Of a stretch of DNA of 64,000 nt, positions 43,310-52,882 are shown piece by piece; position 1 is the stretch's first letter, and each line of letters begins with the position of its first letter. The notes beneath the pieces were generated by a model. The model did no database searches. It was not told the DNA's origin and saw nothing but the letters and a program-made list of their open reading frames with translations. The translations under genes were made by a program, and so were the position numbers. This stretch comes from an uncultured Desulfarculus sp. (GTDB taxonomy: Bacteria; Desulfobacterota; Desulfarculia; Desulfarculales; Desulfarculaceae), in assembly GCA_963665125.2 (NCBI GenBank), contig CAXXUK010000001.1, positions 1,216,001 through 1,280,000 of the forward strand, in the 5' to 3' direction.

Positions 43310-44917
43310 ATGTCACCACTAGTCATCAAGATCATCACCGCTCTAATCTACCTTGCTGTTATTTTCTATTTGGGCCTCAAAGGCTGGAGAGAGACTAAAA
43401 GCGCCAGCGACTACATGCTGGCCGGCCGCCAGATGAACCCCTTTGTCATGGCCATGAGCTATGGCGCGACGTTCATCTCCACATCGGCCATCATCGGATT
43501 CGGCGGCGCCGCCGCCCTGTTCGGCTTTCCCCTGCTATGGCTGACCTTTTTAAACATCTTCGTAGGCATCTTCATAGCCATGGCCTTTTTGGGCAAACGC
43601 ACCCGGCGCATGGGTGTGGCCCTGGACGCGCACACTTTTCCCGAGTTGTTGGGCCAACGGTATCAGTCCCGCTTTATTCAGGGATTTTCCGGCTTGGTCG
43701 TATTTTTGTTTGTTCCCGTGTATGCAGCCGCGGTGCTCATCGGCATCAGCCGCATGCTCGAAGTAAACCTGGCCATACCCTATGACGTGGCCCTCATCGG
43801 GTTCACCTTGATCCTGGCCGTTTACGTCATCACCGGCGGCCTCAAGGCGGTCATGTACACCGACGCCTTCCAGGGCTCGTTGATGTTCGTGATGATGGTG
43901 ATCCTAATCATCTTCACGTATTACACCGTCGGCGGTGTTACCGAAGGCCATCAGGCCCTGACCGACATGGCTCCGATGATGCCCGAAAAACTGCAAAAAG
44001 GCGGCATGCTCGGCTGGACCCAAGGCGCCACGTTTGGTACGCCCCTTTGGCTGACCATCTACACCACCATCGTCTACGGCGTGGGCATCGGCGTGCTGGC
44101 TCAGCCCCAGTTGGCCGTGCGCTTCATGACTGTGCCCAGCGACCGCGAACTCAACCGCGGCGTGCTTTTCGGCGGCGTGTTCATCCTGGCCATGACCGGC
44201 GTGGCCTTTGTGGTGGGCGCCCTGTCCAACGTGGTGTTCTTCCAGAAAATGGGCAAGATCTCCATCGCCGTGGCCGGTGGCAACAGCGACAAGATCATCC
44301 CCGAGTACATCACCCAGATCATGCCCGACTGGTTCGGCATTCTGTTCCTGCTGGCCATGTTCGCCGCGGCCATGAGCACCCTCTCCAGCCAGTTCCATGT
44401 AGGCGGCACCAGCCTGGGCCGCGACTTTGTGGAACGCGGCCTGGCCAAGAAAAACGCCAACGAGGTCCTGATCACCAAGATCGGCATCCTGATCACCATC
44501 GTTCTCACGGTGCTTTGGGGCAAATTCCTGCCGCCCCAGGTCATCGCCAGGGCCACGGCCTTCTTCTTTGGTCTCTGCGCCGCCGCGTTCCTACCGGCCT
44601 TTGTGATGGGCCTGTATTGGAAGGGAATGACCAAGGCCGGAGCCCTTGTTTCAATGGTTGGCGGTTTAGCTGTTTCGATGTTCTACCTGCTGTTCATCCA
44701 CACCAAGGAATCGGCGTCCATCGGCCTGTGCAAGGCCATGTTCGGCGTGGACAGCCTGGCCCAGTTGGCAGTACCAATGAGCAAGCTGTTCATGTTACAG
44801 TGGGTCGACCCGAACATCGTTGCGCTGCCGGTTTCGTTCGTGTTGGCCATCGTTGTCAGTCTTTTCACGCGAAAGATTGATGATGAGCACTTGAATCTCT
44901 GCTGGCGCAATTTGTAG
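43310..44917 (+). CDS. Sodium:solute symporter family protein
   Basis: DYMLAGR, MSYGATFISTS, GGLKAVMYTD, QPQLAVRF, AAAMSTLSSQ; many TM helices. Confidence 0.93.
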   Translation: MSPLVIKIITALIYLAVIFYLGLKGWRETKSASDYMLAGRQMNPFVMAMSYGATFISTSAIIGFGGAAALFGFPLLWLTFLNIFVGIFIAMAFLGKRTRRMGVALDAHTFPELLGQRYQSRFIQGFSGLVVFLFVPVYAAAVLIGISRMLEVNLAIPYDVALIGFTLILAVYVITGGLKAVMYTDAFQGSLMFVMMVILIIFTYYTVGGVTEGHQALTDMAPMMPEKLQKGGMLGWTQGATFGTPLWLTIYTTIVYGVGIGVLAQPQLAVRFMTVPSDRELNRGVLFGGVFILAMTGVAFVVGALSNVVFFQKMGKISIAVAGGNSDKIIPEYITQIMPDWFGILFLLAMFAAAMSTLSSQFHVGGTSLGRDFVERGLAKKNANEVLITKIGILITIVLTVLWGKFLPPQVIARATAFFFGLCAAAFLPAFVMGLYWKGMTKAGALVSMVGGLAVSMFYLLFIHTKESASIGLCKAMFGVDSLAQLAVPMSKLFMLQWVDPNIVALPVSFVLAIVVSLFTRKIDDEHLNLCWRNL

Positions 44918-44936
44918 AATCTTTCTATGAGAACCG

Positions 44937-44968
44937 GGGGCGCCGGAACGCACCGGCGCCCCTTTTTT
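44937..44968 (+). terminator. Intrinsic terminator
   Basis: GGGGCGCCGG-AACGCA-CCGGCGCCCC followed by T6. Confidence 0.85.
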
Positions 44969-44999
44969 ATTTAGCATGGGCTTGACGCAGAGGATCGCC

Positions 45000-45875
45000 A
45001 TGCAGTTACCCGAAAGCCCCAGACGAGACGGCCAAATTCAGCAAGACAAGAAGCCTTCCCGTCTGCCCTGGATCATCGTATTGGCAATTCTGGCATTTGC
45101 CTGCATTCCGCTTTATTTCATGTGGAAGGCCGGCAACGTCGGAGAACAAACTCTGCAAATGCAAAAGCCTTCAACCGCGGCAACGTCCTCAGTTGCCAAG
45201 GTAACCGTGCCCCCTCCCCCGCCGCCCAGTAAGCAAGGCCCGATCATTGATGTAGAAACCGCTGAAAAACAGCCGCCTGGAGGCGAGCAGGCCCAACGCA
45301 GGGAGCAATTCGGCCTGGATAAATCCGTCGACGTAGTGGTCCGCAGCGATGAAACCATCAAGGTCGGCGACAAGGAGATCTCCGTTTCCGAAGTGGAACG
45401 AAAGCTATCTATCCAGAGCCGGGGTGAAATGATCGAAAAAAAGGCGGACCAGCCCGAGGAAATCAGCGCTTGGGGCTTTCATCTGGTCCGCTCCGACGAA
45501 AACCTGTGGAACATCCATTTTCATCTTTTGCGTGAATACCTGAGCGCCCGCGGCGTCACCCTGCCGCCCAATGCGGATGAGCCCACCGAGATGGGCTATT
45601 CATCCGGCGTTGGCCGAACGCTTAAATTCGCCGAGCACATGGTCGGCGTCTACAATATCCAGACCGGACACATGTCCCGGGACTTGAACACCCTGGACCC
45701 AGGCCAAAAGCTGGTGGTATTCAACCTCAGCGAATTGTTTGGCCAGTTGGCCAAGGTGGATCCTGCGGAACTGTCAAAAGTTCGCTTTGACGGCAGGACC
45801 CTGTTCTTCCCTGTAGATGGAGCCCAAGACATCGTTGGCGAGGGCCAAAAGCCTTCCACTCCGGCCGATCACTAG
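45000..45875 (+). CDS. Membrane-anchored protein, Pro-rich linker, possible interrupted LysM
   Basis: N-terminal TM (PWIIVLAILAFACIPLYF), PPPPPP linker, HLVRSDENLWNI and LDPGQKLVV. Confidence 0.65.
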   Translation: MQLPESPRRDGQIQQDKKPSRLPWIIVLAILAFACIPLYFMWKAGNVGEQTLQMQKPSTAATSSVAKVTVPPPPPPSKQGPIIDVETAEKQPPGGEQAQRREQFGLDKSVDVVVRSDETIKVGDKEISVSEVERKLSIQSRGEMIEKKADQPEEISAWGFHLVRSDENLWNIHFHLLREYLSARGVTLPPNADEPTEMGYSSGVGRTLKFAEHMVGVYNIQTGHMSRDLNTLDPGQKLVVFNLSELFGQLAKVDPAELSKVRFDGRTLFFPVDGAQDIVGEGQKPSTPADH

Positions 45876-45889
45876 CAAAAGAGGTATCC

Positions 45890-46921
45890 ATGCATATAGG
45901 ATTGGTCCACCATCCGATTTTTCAAGAGCACGACCCAGGACGATTCCACGTGGAAACGCCCAGTCGTCTTCGTGTATTGGATCAAGCCATGAGAGGCTGG
46001 CTGGGCCTGCGCAATTGCCAGCGCTTGCCCTTGCGCCCCGCCGAGGAAGAAGAACTGCGCAGGGTGCACCACCCTTCCCACCTTCAGCGCGTCGCCGCCA
46101 CCGAAGGCAAGCACACCGCCCTGGACCAGGACACCGCCACCTCGCCCAAGTCTTACGAGGCCGCGCTTTTGGCCACCGGCAGCCTAATCGACCTCTGCGA
46201 CCGGGTGCTGATGGGCGTCAATTACAACGGCATGGCCATGGTCCGTCCTCCGGGTCACCACGCCACACCGGATCGGGCCATGGGCTTTTGCCTGTTCAAC
46301 AACGTCTCGGTGGCCGCCGCCCACCTGGTGGAGCGCCGCAAGCTGGAACGTGTGTTGATCGTCGATTGGGACGTGCATCACGGTAACGGCACCGAAGACA
46401 TCTTTTATTCGGACGACCGGGTGCTTTATTTCTCCACCCACCAGTCGCCGATGTACCCCGGTTCGGGTCCGGTGAGCGCCGTGGGCAGCGGCTCGGGCAA
46501 GGGCCGCACGGTAAACGTGCCCATGAACGCGGGCCGGGGCGATCTGGAATATATCCGCGTATTCCAGGACATCCTGGTGCCCATCGCCCGGCAGTTCAAG
46601 CCCCAGTTCATTCTTGTCTCGGCCGGGTTCGACGCCCACCACGAAGATCCACTTGGCGGCATGCGCATCACCTCGCAAGGTTTCGCGGCCCTGACCCAGA
46701 TATTGATGGGGCTGTCCATCGAATTTTGCTACGGCAAGCTGGTGATGACCCTGGAGGGCGGCTACGCCGTCTCGGCCCTGGCCCGCAGCGTCATCGCCTG
46801 TCTGGATATACTTTGCGGCAGCCGCCAGGACGATCTGATTGCCCAGGCCAAGGAAGCCGAACCGCCCAAGGCCGTGGAGCGGGTCAAAGAGGTTCAAAAG
46901 AGCTATTGGGAATTTGATTAG
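45890..46921 (+). CDS. Histone deacetylase family protein
   Basis: RPPGHHA, GFCLFNN, DWDVHHGNGT, SAGFDAH..DPLG, LEGGY. Confidence 0.94.
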   Translation: MHIGLVHHPIFQEHDPGRFHVETPSRLRVLDQAMRGWLGLRNCQRLPLRPAEEEELRRVHHPSHLQRVAATEGKHTALDQDTATSPKSYEAALLATGSLIDLCDRVLMGVNYNGMAMVRPPGHHATPDRAMGFCLFNNVSVAAAHLVERRKLERVLIVDWDVHHGNGTEDIFYSDDRVLYFSTHQSPMYPGSGPVSAVGSGSGKGRTVNVPMNAGRGDLEYIRVFQDILVPIARQFKPQFILVSAGFDAHHEDPLGGMRITSQGFAALTQILMGLSIEFCYGKLVMTLEGGYAVSALARSVIACLDILCGSRQDDLIAQAKEAEPPKAVERVKEVQKSYWEFD

Positions 46922-46932
46922 CAGTCCATTCA

Positions 46933-46959
46933 GGGGCCTGCCTGTTATGGGCAGGCCTC
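46933..46959 (+). terminator. Hairpin after the deacetylase gene
   Basis: GGCCTGCCT-GTTAT-GGGCAGGCC stem; weak U tract. Confidence 0.45.
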
Positions 46960-47010
46960 GCTGATTCTTTCACCATATTTTTTTAGCGCACCAGGGGAAG
47001 ACGCACAAGC

Positions 47011-48231
47011 ATGCCCACAGAACCAGTAATGACCACCAGGAAACCCGGCAGGATTCTATCAATTGACATCACTCGCGGTTTCGCCCTGATTTGCATGGTG
47101 CTGGTGCACTTCATGATCTATTACGGCAACGATGAGGCGGAAAAAAGCTTTTTCTATTTCTTCTTCAATGACGGGCTGGCCGACTGGGGCGCGGCTGTAT
47201 TCCTGATGATGATGGGCATGAGCCAGGTGCTCTCGGCCAAGCGGCGGCATGAGGGCGACCTCTGGCTCACCTTCAAACGCATCCTGTTGCGCGGCGTCTA
47301 CCTGTTCGTCGTTGGCCTGATCATGCTGATTTTGGCCTTCGGGCCCGGCGAAATGTGGCGCTGGGACATCCTCACCCTGATGGGTTTCGCCACGGTCGTT
47401 CTTTTCTTCTGCCGCTTTTTGCCCTCGTGGTTGCTGCTGGTCATTGTGGCGGCCATAGCGTTCTCCTCGCCGCTGGTGCGCGGGTCCATTGACCTGACCG
47501 CCGCCTGGGGCAATGAATTTGTCCCCACAAACTGGATATCAAACTACCTGCCCGGATTTTTCGTGGACCCCAAGGCCGATTACATGGCCGTGTGGGATTT
47601 TGAGCGCATCGTCAAGGGCTTTTTCCTGTCGGGCTACTTCCCGGTTCTGCCCTGGATAATGTTTTCCATAATCGGCTTTGTGCTTGGCCGCCGCCTGGTG
47701 GCCGACCGCCTGCGCCACGATCTGCCTTTTCTGGTGATCATCGGGGCCCTGTGCCTGCTAATCGGCGCCGGCGGAGCAGTGGCGGGCAAGGCCGTACCGC
47801 CTTCGGCCGTGGTTAACGGCTATATTTCACCGCTGAGCTTTTATCCCGATTCTTTCACCATGATCAACATCCAGAGCGGCATGTCTTTAATCGGGTTCAG
47901 CTTTATTTTTTGGTGCTACGACGTGCGCAAAAAGGACCAAATACTTGGTCCTCTGGCCCGCTTGTTCAGCCGCACCAGCCGCTTCAGCCTGACGTTCTAC
48001 TTCAGCCACTACATGCTGCTTGGCTGGCCGTTGATCGGCATCTACCTGGTCACGGGCAAAAACCCCATTGAGGACTTTGTGGGGGCCGTCCCCGCCCTGC
48101 TTTGCGGCCTGGCGACGATCGTGGTCCTTGAAGTCGCTCTGTACTTCTGGGAAAAGGCCGGAGCAAAATTCAGTTTGGAGTGGATTCTGGGCATGCTTAC
48201 GATCAGCTTGATCAAGGATAAAAAGGCCTGA
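47011..48231 (+). CDS. DUF1624 / heparan-alpha-glucosaminide N-acetyltransferase-like membrane protein
   Basis: RILSIDITRGFA...MVLVH, F.MMMG.S, WDIL, YFPVLPW, SLTFY.SH. Confidence 0.8.
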   Translation: MPTEPVMTTRKPGRILSIDITRGFALICMVLVHFMIYYGNDEAEKSFFYFFFNDGLADWGAAVFLMMMGMSQVLSAKRRHEGDLWLTFKRILLRGVYLFVVGLIMLILAFGPGEMWRWDILTLMGFATVVLFFCRFLPSWLLLVIVAAIAFSSPLVRGSIDLTAAWGNEFVPTNWISNYLPGFFVDPKADYMAVWDFERIVKGFFLSGYFPVLPWIMFSIIGFVLGRRLVADRLRHDLPFLVIIGALCLLIGAGGAVAGKAVPPSAVVNGYISPLSFYPDSFTMINIQSGMSLIGFSFIFWCYDVRKKDQILGPLARLFSRTSRFSLTFYFSHYMLLGWPLIGIYLVTGKNPIEDFVGAVPALLCGLATIVVLEVALYFWEKAGAKFSLEWILGMLTISLIKDKKA

Positions 48232-48266
48232 CCGGAAAAACCATGCGGCTATCAAGGCGGGCCGGG

Positions 48267-48641
48267 TTAGCGCTTGGCCTGCTTTCTTTTTTCCAGGTAT
48301 TTGCCCAGGCCGTCCAGGGAATAATATGCGGCGGGAATGTAGTAGAAGATAAATAATAACGGATACGCACCTCTATAAAAAGATGAATCACTTGTTGCAA
48401 TTAAAAGCAAAACCGGAGATGTGTATGTTAACAACCGATAATAATCAACAAACCATTTGATTTTCTTTACTCGTTCATTTCTTTTTAATGTTTTATCTTT
48501 CAGTATTTGTTGTGGCCCAAATTTAAATATAGCCCATATAGAAACCGGCAAAATGATAAGCGTTGGCAAAATGCCAATATTAGTGAAACTGACAAAGCTC
48601 GACACTATCTCAACTGCATCTACAAGCAATTGTCTAAACAT
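48267..48641 (-). CDS. Small membrane protein, paralogue of the 48658-49068 product
   Basis: About 3 hydrophobic segments; EIVSSFVSFTNIG and GAYPLLFIFYYIPAAYYSL. Confidence 0.72.
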   Translation of the reverse strand: MFRQLLVDAVEIVSSFVSFTNIGILPTLIILPVSIWAIFKFGPQQILKDKTLKRNERVKKIKWFVDYYRLLTYTSPVLLLIATSDSSFYRGAYPLLFIFYYIPAAYYSLDGLGKYLEKRKQAKR

Positions 48642-48657
48642 AACAGCGGCGTCCTAA

Positions 48658-49068
48658 TCAGTCTTGCGAGTCATCGAAGTCTTTTGGGTAGCGATGGCCT
48701 AGAAAGATATAGTGTAGACTCAAATAGAGAGCAGGCAAATAAAATCCCAGAAAAAATAAAGCATATATTCCATCACTCCGTGGAGAACCGATCATTATTA
48801 AGAAAACACCTAATGCAGCTATATATGGTCGAGATTTTAATGTAAATTCGGCAATCTCAAGATTAATCTTTCTTTGCGAATTTATAATTCCAGACATATC
48901 TTGATTCTTTATAATAGATTTTTTATAGACAATCCACTTAGGACGAAGTATCCGATCAATAACTAGAGAGATTATAAGTAAAATAATGGTGGAAGCAACA
49001 CCGATATTAGTGAAATCCACAAAGTTACTTATTATCTCATGAAATCTGGCAATCAAATCATTTATCAT
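48658..49068 (-). CDS. Small membrane protein, paralogue of the 48267-48641 product
   Basis: AGAGGA RBS; EIISNFVDFTNIG and GIYALFFLGFYLPALYLSL. Confidence 0.72.
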   Translation of the reverse strand: MINDLIARFHEIISNFVDFTNIGVASTIILLIISLVIDRILRPKWIVYKKSIIKNQDMSGIINSQRKINLEIAEFTLKSRPYIAALGVFLIMIGSPRSDGIYALFFLGFYLPALYLSLHYIFLGHRYPKDFDDSQD

Positions 49069-49095
49069 ATACCATCCTCTTGGTGCGGTGAACAA

Positions 49096-50139
49096 TTATT
49101 GTCCTTTTGGGATAAATCCATCGTGATTATTATAATCATCAAATTCTTTTTTAACATCTTTAACCATCTCTACTAGAGAGCTGAACGTGCCAGGCAAATT
49201 GTTGATTGCAATTGCCTTACCTAATATATACCCCGCAAGAACTCCTACACCTAGTTTGTCTATAACTAAAAGCCACAAAATATCCTCCAGAACAACCGAA
49301 GCAACACCGGTCAAGACAATTCCTGAAACTTTTAACACCAAACAAACCGTATCGAAAATCTCCTTATGTTCGGCTGTATATGACATAATATCGGATGAAA
49401 CGAATGCCCAGTCATTACAAGCAGAAGGAAATATAATTAGAAACTCTTCCGCGGCATTCTTGACTATATCATATGCACCCTGAAGTTCTGTATTGTCAAC
49501 CTTTACTTCTATCCCACCTCTTCCTACACTTTCAATTGTCCTATCAGTCGATTTCTTTAACGCACCTTTCTCGGGGATTATTTTTTCTTTAATTCCCTTT
49601 GCTTTTTTAAGCTCAAGGTCGATCCTGCGAAGCTTTTCACGTCTCCTGTCCAACTCTCTGCTAAAATTAACCCTAAATTGTTTTAACATACGTTCATATT
49701 CTTGTATCATCATCTGTGTCTTGACCTCCAGCTGAAGTAAGACACGTTTTTTAACATATATGGCTCCATCCTCCCCAACTACGTCCACAAAATAGCTAGA
49801 GTATAATTCCGCAACCGCGTCTAAACCTTCAAAATAAAACTGACCACTATCTTTCATCCGGAGCACTACCTGATAGGTATTTTCATCTTTTTTACCAAAC
49901 AAACCAATAGTCAACTCCGCGTCTTTGCCAGCAACACGCCAGCTAATAATATTTATATCCATGCAGCGAATTGCATCAGTAATTAGCGGATGTTTTTCGA
50001 TGACCATTTCAGTGATTGACTTCAACCATTCCCCTGCGCTTAAACCTAATTTCTCTTTTTGTGTAGTATTAAGTACGCCCATTGCCGAATAATCATCCAG
50101 TATAGTTCCCTTGCCTTTTTTTAATCTATCGCTATACAT
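49096..50139 (-). CDS. Hypothetical coiled-coil protein with C-terminal hydrophobic hairpin
   Basis: AAGAGG RBS at MYSDR; charged helix ELDRRREKLRRIDLELKK; Gly-rich hydrophobic C-terminal pair. Confidence 0.72.
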   Translation of the reverse strand: MYSDRLKKGKGTILDDYSAMGVLNTTQKEKLGLSAGEWLKSITEMVIEKHPLITDAIRCMDINIISWRVAGKDAELTIGLFGKKDENTYQVVLRMKDSGQFYFEGLDAVAELYSSYFVDVVGEDGAIYVKKRVLLQLEVKTQMMIQEYERMLKQFRVNFSRELDRRREKLRRIDLELKKAKGIKEKIIPEKGALKKSTDRTIESVGRGGIEVKVDNTELQGAYDIVKNAAEEFLIIFPSACNDWAFVSSDIMSYTAEHKEIFDTVCLVLKVSGIVLTGVASVVLEDILWLLVIDKLGVGVLAGYILGKAIAINNLPGTFSSLVEMVKDVKKEFDDYNNHDGFIPKGQ

Positions 50140-50596
50140 CGAGTACCTCTTTGTAACTATTATCAATGGATAATATAATTTTGTTGACCTTTTCTGATTC
50201 GCTTTCCTTAATATTAAAATTGACAACAAATCTGAATCCACTTCCCTGCATTTTCATGGGTATCGATACATTGCCATCGTCATCCACTTCTGGTTCGCCG
50301 TCTTCATCGAAATAGCTTAAAACATCATCAAGCGAATGAATCTTTTCCTTGATCACCCCCTGCACGACTTGGTGGCGGTATTCCAGCCAATCCTCAACCC
50401 CAGTCTTAATGCATTCCCTCTTCACTCCTGCTTCATCTGCAATATGATCGAGCACGCCTTGCACAAGGTTGTCCACCAGCAAGCGGCCGTCGCTATCGAA
50501 TTCCATTTTCAGTGAAGCCGTTGATTTTATCGCTCGCGGCTGTAACAGCAGTTTTCCATTGGTAGGGTCGTTCTGGTACAGGCTTATCTTGACCAT
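50132..50596 (-). CDS. Hypothetical acidic soluble protein
   Basis: 154-aa ORF, AAGGA RBS; its stop overlaps the start of the next gene. Confidence 0.7.
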   Translation of the reverse strand: MVKISLYQNDPTNGKLLLQPRAIKSTASLKMEFDSDGRLLVDNLVQGVLDHIADEAGVKRECIKTGVEDWLEYRHQVVQGVIKEKIHSLDDVLSYFDEDGEPEVDDDGNVSIPMKMQGSGFRFVVNFNIKESESEKVNKIILSIDNSYKEVLDV

Positions 50597-50771
50597 TTAC
50601 TCGTCCTTTTCTCTTGCCGGTGCATCCGGTATATTGCGGCCATGCTACCGGCGCTGCCCGACGCGGGCGCGTGAAGCGGCTCAACAAAGCATCGCCGCCC
50701 CGCCCTTGCGCGGTGGGCTGGCCCGTGCTAAAACCTCTCATGCCTAAGTAAGGTTAAGGAGGCCTTTTCAG

Positions 50772-51056
50772 ATGAAAATCAGCGCTGACGAAGTGGCCCA
50801 CGTGGCCCGCCTGGCCCGGCTGGACCTGAGCCGGGATATGACCGAAATGCTCACCGGCCAGATGAACGACATCCTGACCTATATGGACAAGTTCGCCGAG
50901 CTGGACACCAGCGGCGTGCAGCCCACCACCCACGCCCTGCAACTGACCGGAGCCATGCGCGAAGACGAGACCAGCCCCAGCCTTGAGCGCGGCAAGGCCC
51001 TGGCCAATGCGCCCCAAAGCAACGGCGAGAGCTTCATCGTTCCTAAGGTCATATAA
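50772..51056 (+). CDS. gatC: Asp/Glu-tRNA amidotransferase subunit C
   Basis: [26 protein letters not shown]...FIVPKVI. Confidence 0.94.
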   Translation: MKISADEVAHVARLARLDLSRDMTEMLTGQMNDILTYMDKFAELDTSGVQPTTHALQLTGAMREDETSPSLERGKALANAPQSNGESFIVPKVI

Positions 51057-51066
51057 GGCGGCAACC

Positions 51067-52527
51067 ATGGATTACACTGATCTGAGCGTCAAACAGGCCT
51101 CCGAGGCCCTGGCCAAGGGCGATATATCCTCGGTGGAGCTGACCAAGGCCATGATCGCCCGGGTGGAGGCCACCGAGCCCAAGGTCAAGGCCTATTTGAC
51201 CACCACGCCCGAACTGGCCCTGGAGCAGGCGGCCGCGGCCGACGCGCGCATCGCCGCGGGCAATGCCGGACCGCTTACGGGCATACCGGCGGGCATCAAG
51301 GACGTGATCTGCACCGACGGCGTGCGCACCACCTGCGGCAGCAAGATTTTAGAGAATTTCGTGCCGCCCTATGACGCCACCCTGGTGAACAAGCTCAAGC
51401 AGGCGGGCATGGTCATGCTGGGCAAGCAGAACATGGACGAGTTCGCCATGGGCTCCAGCACGGAAAACTCGGCCTTTCAGGTGACCCACAACCCGTGGGA
51501 TTTCAAGGCCGTGCCCGGCGGATCCAGCGGCGGATCGGCGGCCAGCGTGGCGGCCCGGTCGTGCTTCTATTCCATCGGCACCGACACGGGCGGTTCCATC
51601 CGGCAGCCCGCCAGCCACTGCGGCGTGGTGGGCATCAAACCCACCTACGGCAGGGTCAGCCGGTTCGGCCTGGTGGCCTTTGCCAGCAGCCTGGACCAGG
51701 CCGGGCCCATCGCCCGCACCGTGGAAGACGCGGCCCTGGTGCTCCAGGCCATTGCCGGGCACGACCCGTCCGACTCCACCAGCGTGCCCACGCCGGTTGG
51801 CGATTATCTGGGCGCGTTGAAAAAGGACGTCAAGGGCCTCAAGCTGGGCGTACCCAAGGAATACTTCATCGAGGGCATGGACCCCGAGGTGGAGGCCACG
51901 GTAAAGGCGGCCATCGCCGAGTTGGAAAGCCAGGGCGCCGAGATCGTGGAGATCAGCCTGCCCCACACCGACTACGGCGTGGCGGCCTATTACGTCATAG
52001 CCCCGGCCGAGGCCAGCAGCAACCTGGCCCGCTATGACGGCGTGAAATACGGAATAAGTATTCGCGGCGACAACAAGCCGCTCATCGACATGTACACCGA
52101 CACCCGCTCCCAAGGTTTCGGCAACGAGGTTATCCGCCGGATCATGATCGGCACCTACGCCCTTAGCGCCGGTTATTACGACGCCTATTACAACAAGGCC
52201 GGTCAGGTGCGTACGCTGTTGGTCAACGACTTCAAGGCCGCCTTTGAGCAGGTAGACGCCATCGTCGGCCCGGTGAGCCCCACCCCGGCCTTTGACATCG
52301 GCCAGAACGTGGGCGACCCCATGCAGATGTATTTGGGCGACGTATTCACGCTTTCGGTGAACATGGCCGGGCTGCCGGGCATCAGCGTGCCTTGCGGATT
52401 CGCCGCGTCGGGCCGGCCCATCGGTTTGCAGATCCTGGCCCCGCACTTTGCCGAAGAGACGCTTTTGACCGTCGGCCACGCCTATCAGCAGGCCACGGAC
52501 CACCACACCAAGGCCCCGGCCCTGTAG
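51067..52527 (+). CDS. gatA: Asp/Glu-tRNA amidotransferase subunit A
   Basis: [48 protein letters not shown]. Confidence 0.97.
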   Translation: MDYTDLSVKQASEALAKGDISSVELTKAMIARVEATEPKVKAYLTTTPELALEQAAAADARIAAGNAGPLTGIPAGIKDVICTDGVRTTCGSKILENFVPPYDATLVNKLKQAGMVMLGKQNMDEFAMGSSTENSAFQVTHNPWDFKAVPGGSSGGSAASVAARSCFYSIGTDTGGSIRQPASHCGVVGIKPTYGRVSRFGLVAFASSLDQAGPIARTVEDAALVLQAIAGHDPSDSTSVPTPVGDYLGALKKDVKGLKLGVPKEYFIEGMDPEVEATVKAAIAELESQGAEIVEISLPHTDYGVAAYYVIAPAEASSNLARYDGVKYGISIRGDNKPLIDMYTDTRSQGFGNEVIRRIMIGTYALSAGYYDAYYNKAGQVRTLLVNDFKAAFEQVDAIVGPVSPTPAFDIGQNVGDPMQMYLGDVFTLSVNMAGLPGISVPCGFAASGRPIGLQILAPHFAEETLLTVGHAYQQATDHHTKAPAL

Positions 52528-52540
52528 GCGCGTCCAAATT

Positions 52541-52865
52541 TTTCTTTGGGGGGCTTTTTAAAAAAAGCCCCCCAAACCCCGTAAAAACTTTGCCGCTTAT
52601 TGTTGGCCGGCTGCGCCGCAAAACAATAAGCGGTCATTTTTTCGGCGTCGCGCGGTGTCTTGCCATTGCGGGCGCATTTGTTTTGCCTGCGGCAAAACAA
52701 ATGCGCCGGATAAAGACAACGTAATTCACCCCGTAAGTAGTGGCCCAAAACGGCGCGATTGATTTGGCCTTTGGCCAAATCAATCGCTCACGCGGTTTTC
52801 TTTTTGGAAGGGGGTCTGGGGGAGACCTTTTTCTTTTAGCTGTAAAAGAAAAAGGTCTCCCCCAG
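52541..52865. repeat. Cluster of five palindromes (REP/BIME-like)
   Basis: Stems at 52545-52576 (15 bp), 52593-52633 (12 bp), 52671-52707 (17 bp), 52755-52787 (15 bp) and 52816-52865 (23 bp), between convergent genes. Confidence 0.85.
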
Positions 52866-52882
52866 CAACAAGACTCACAAAT

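Noticed and set aside
50772..52527. gatCA without gatB as an anomaly
   Set aside because: Split gat operons are common and gatB may lie outside the window.
52541..52865. CRISPR array
   Set aside because: The palindromes differ in sequence and length; no identical repeats with regular spacers and no cas genes.
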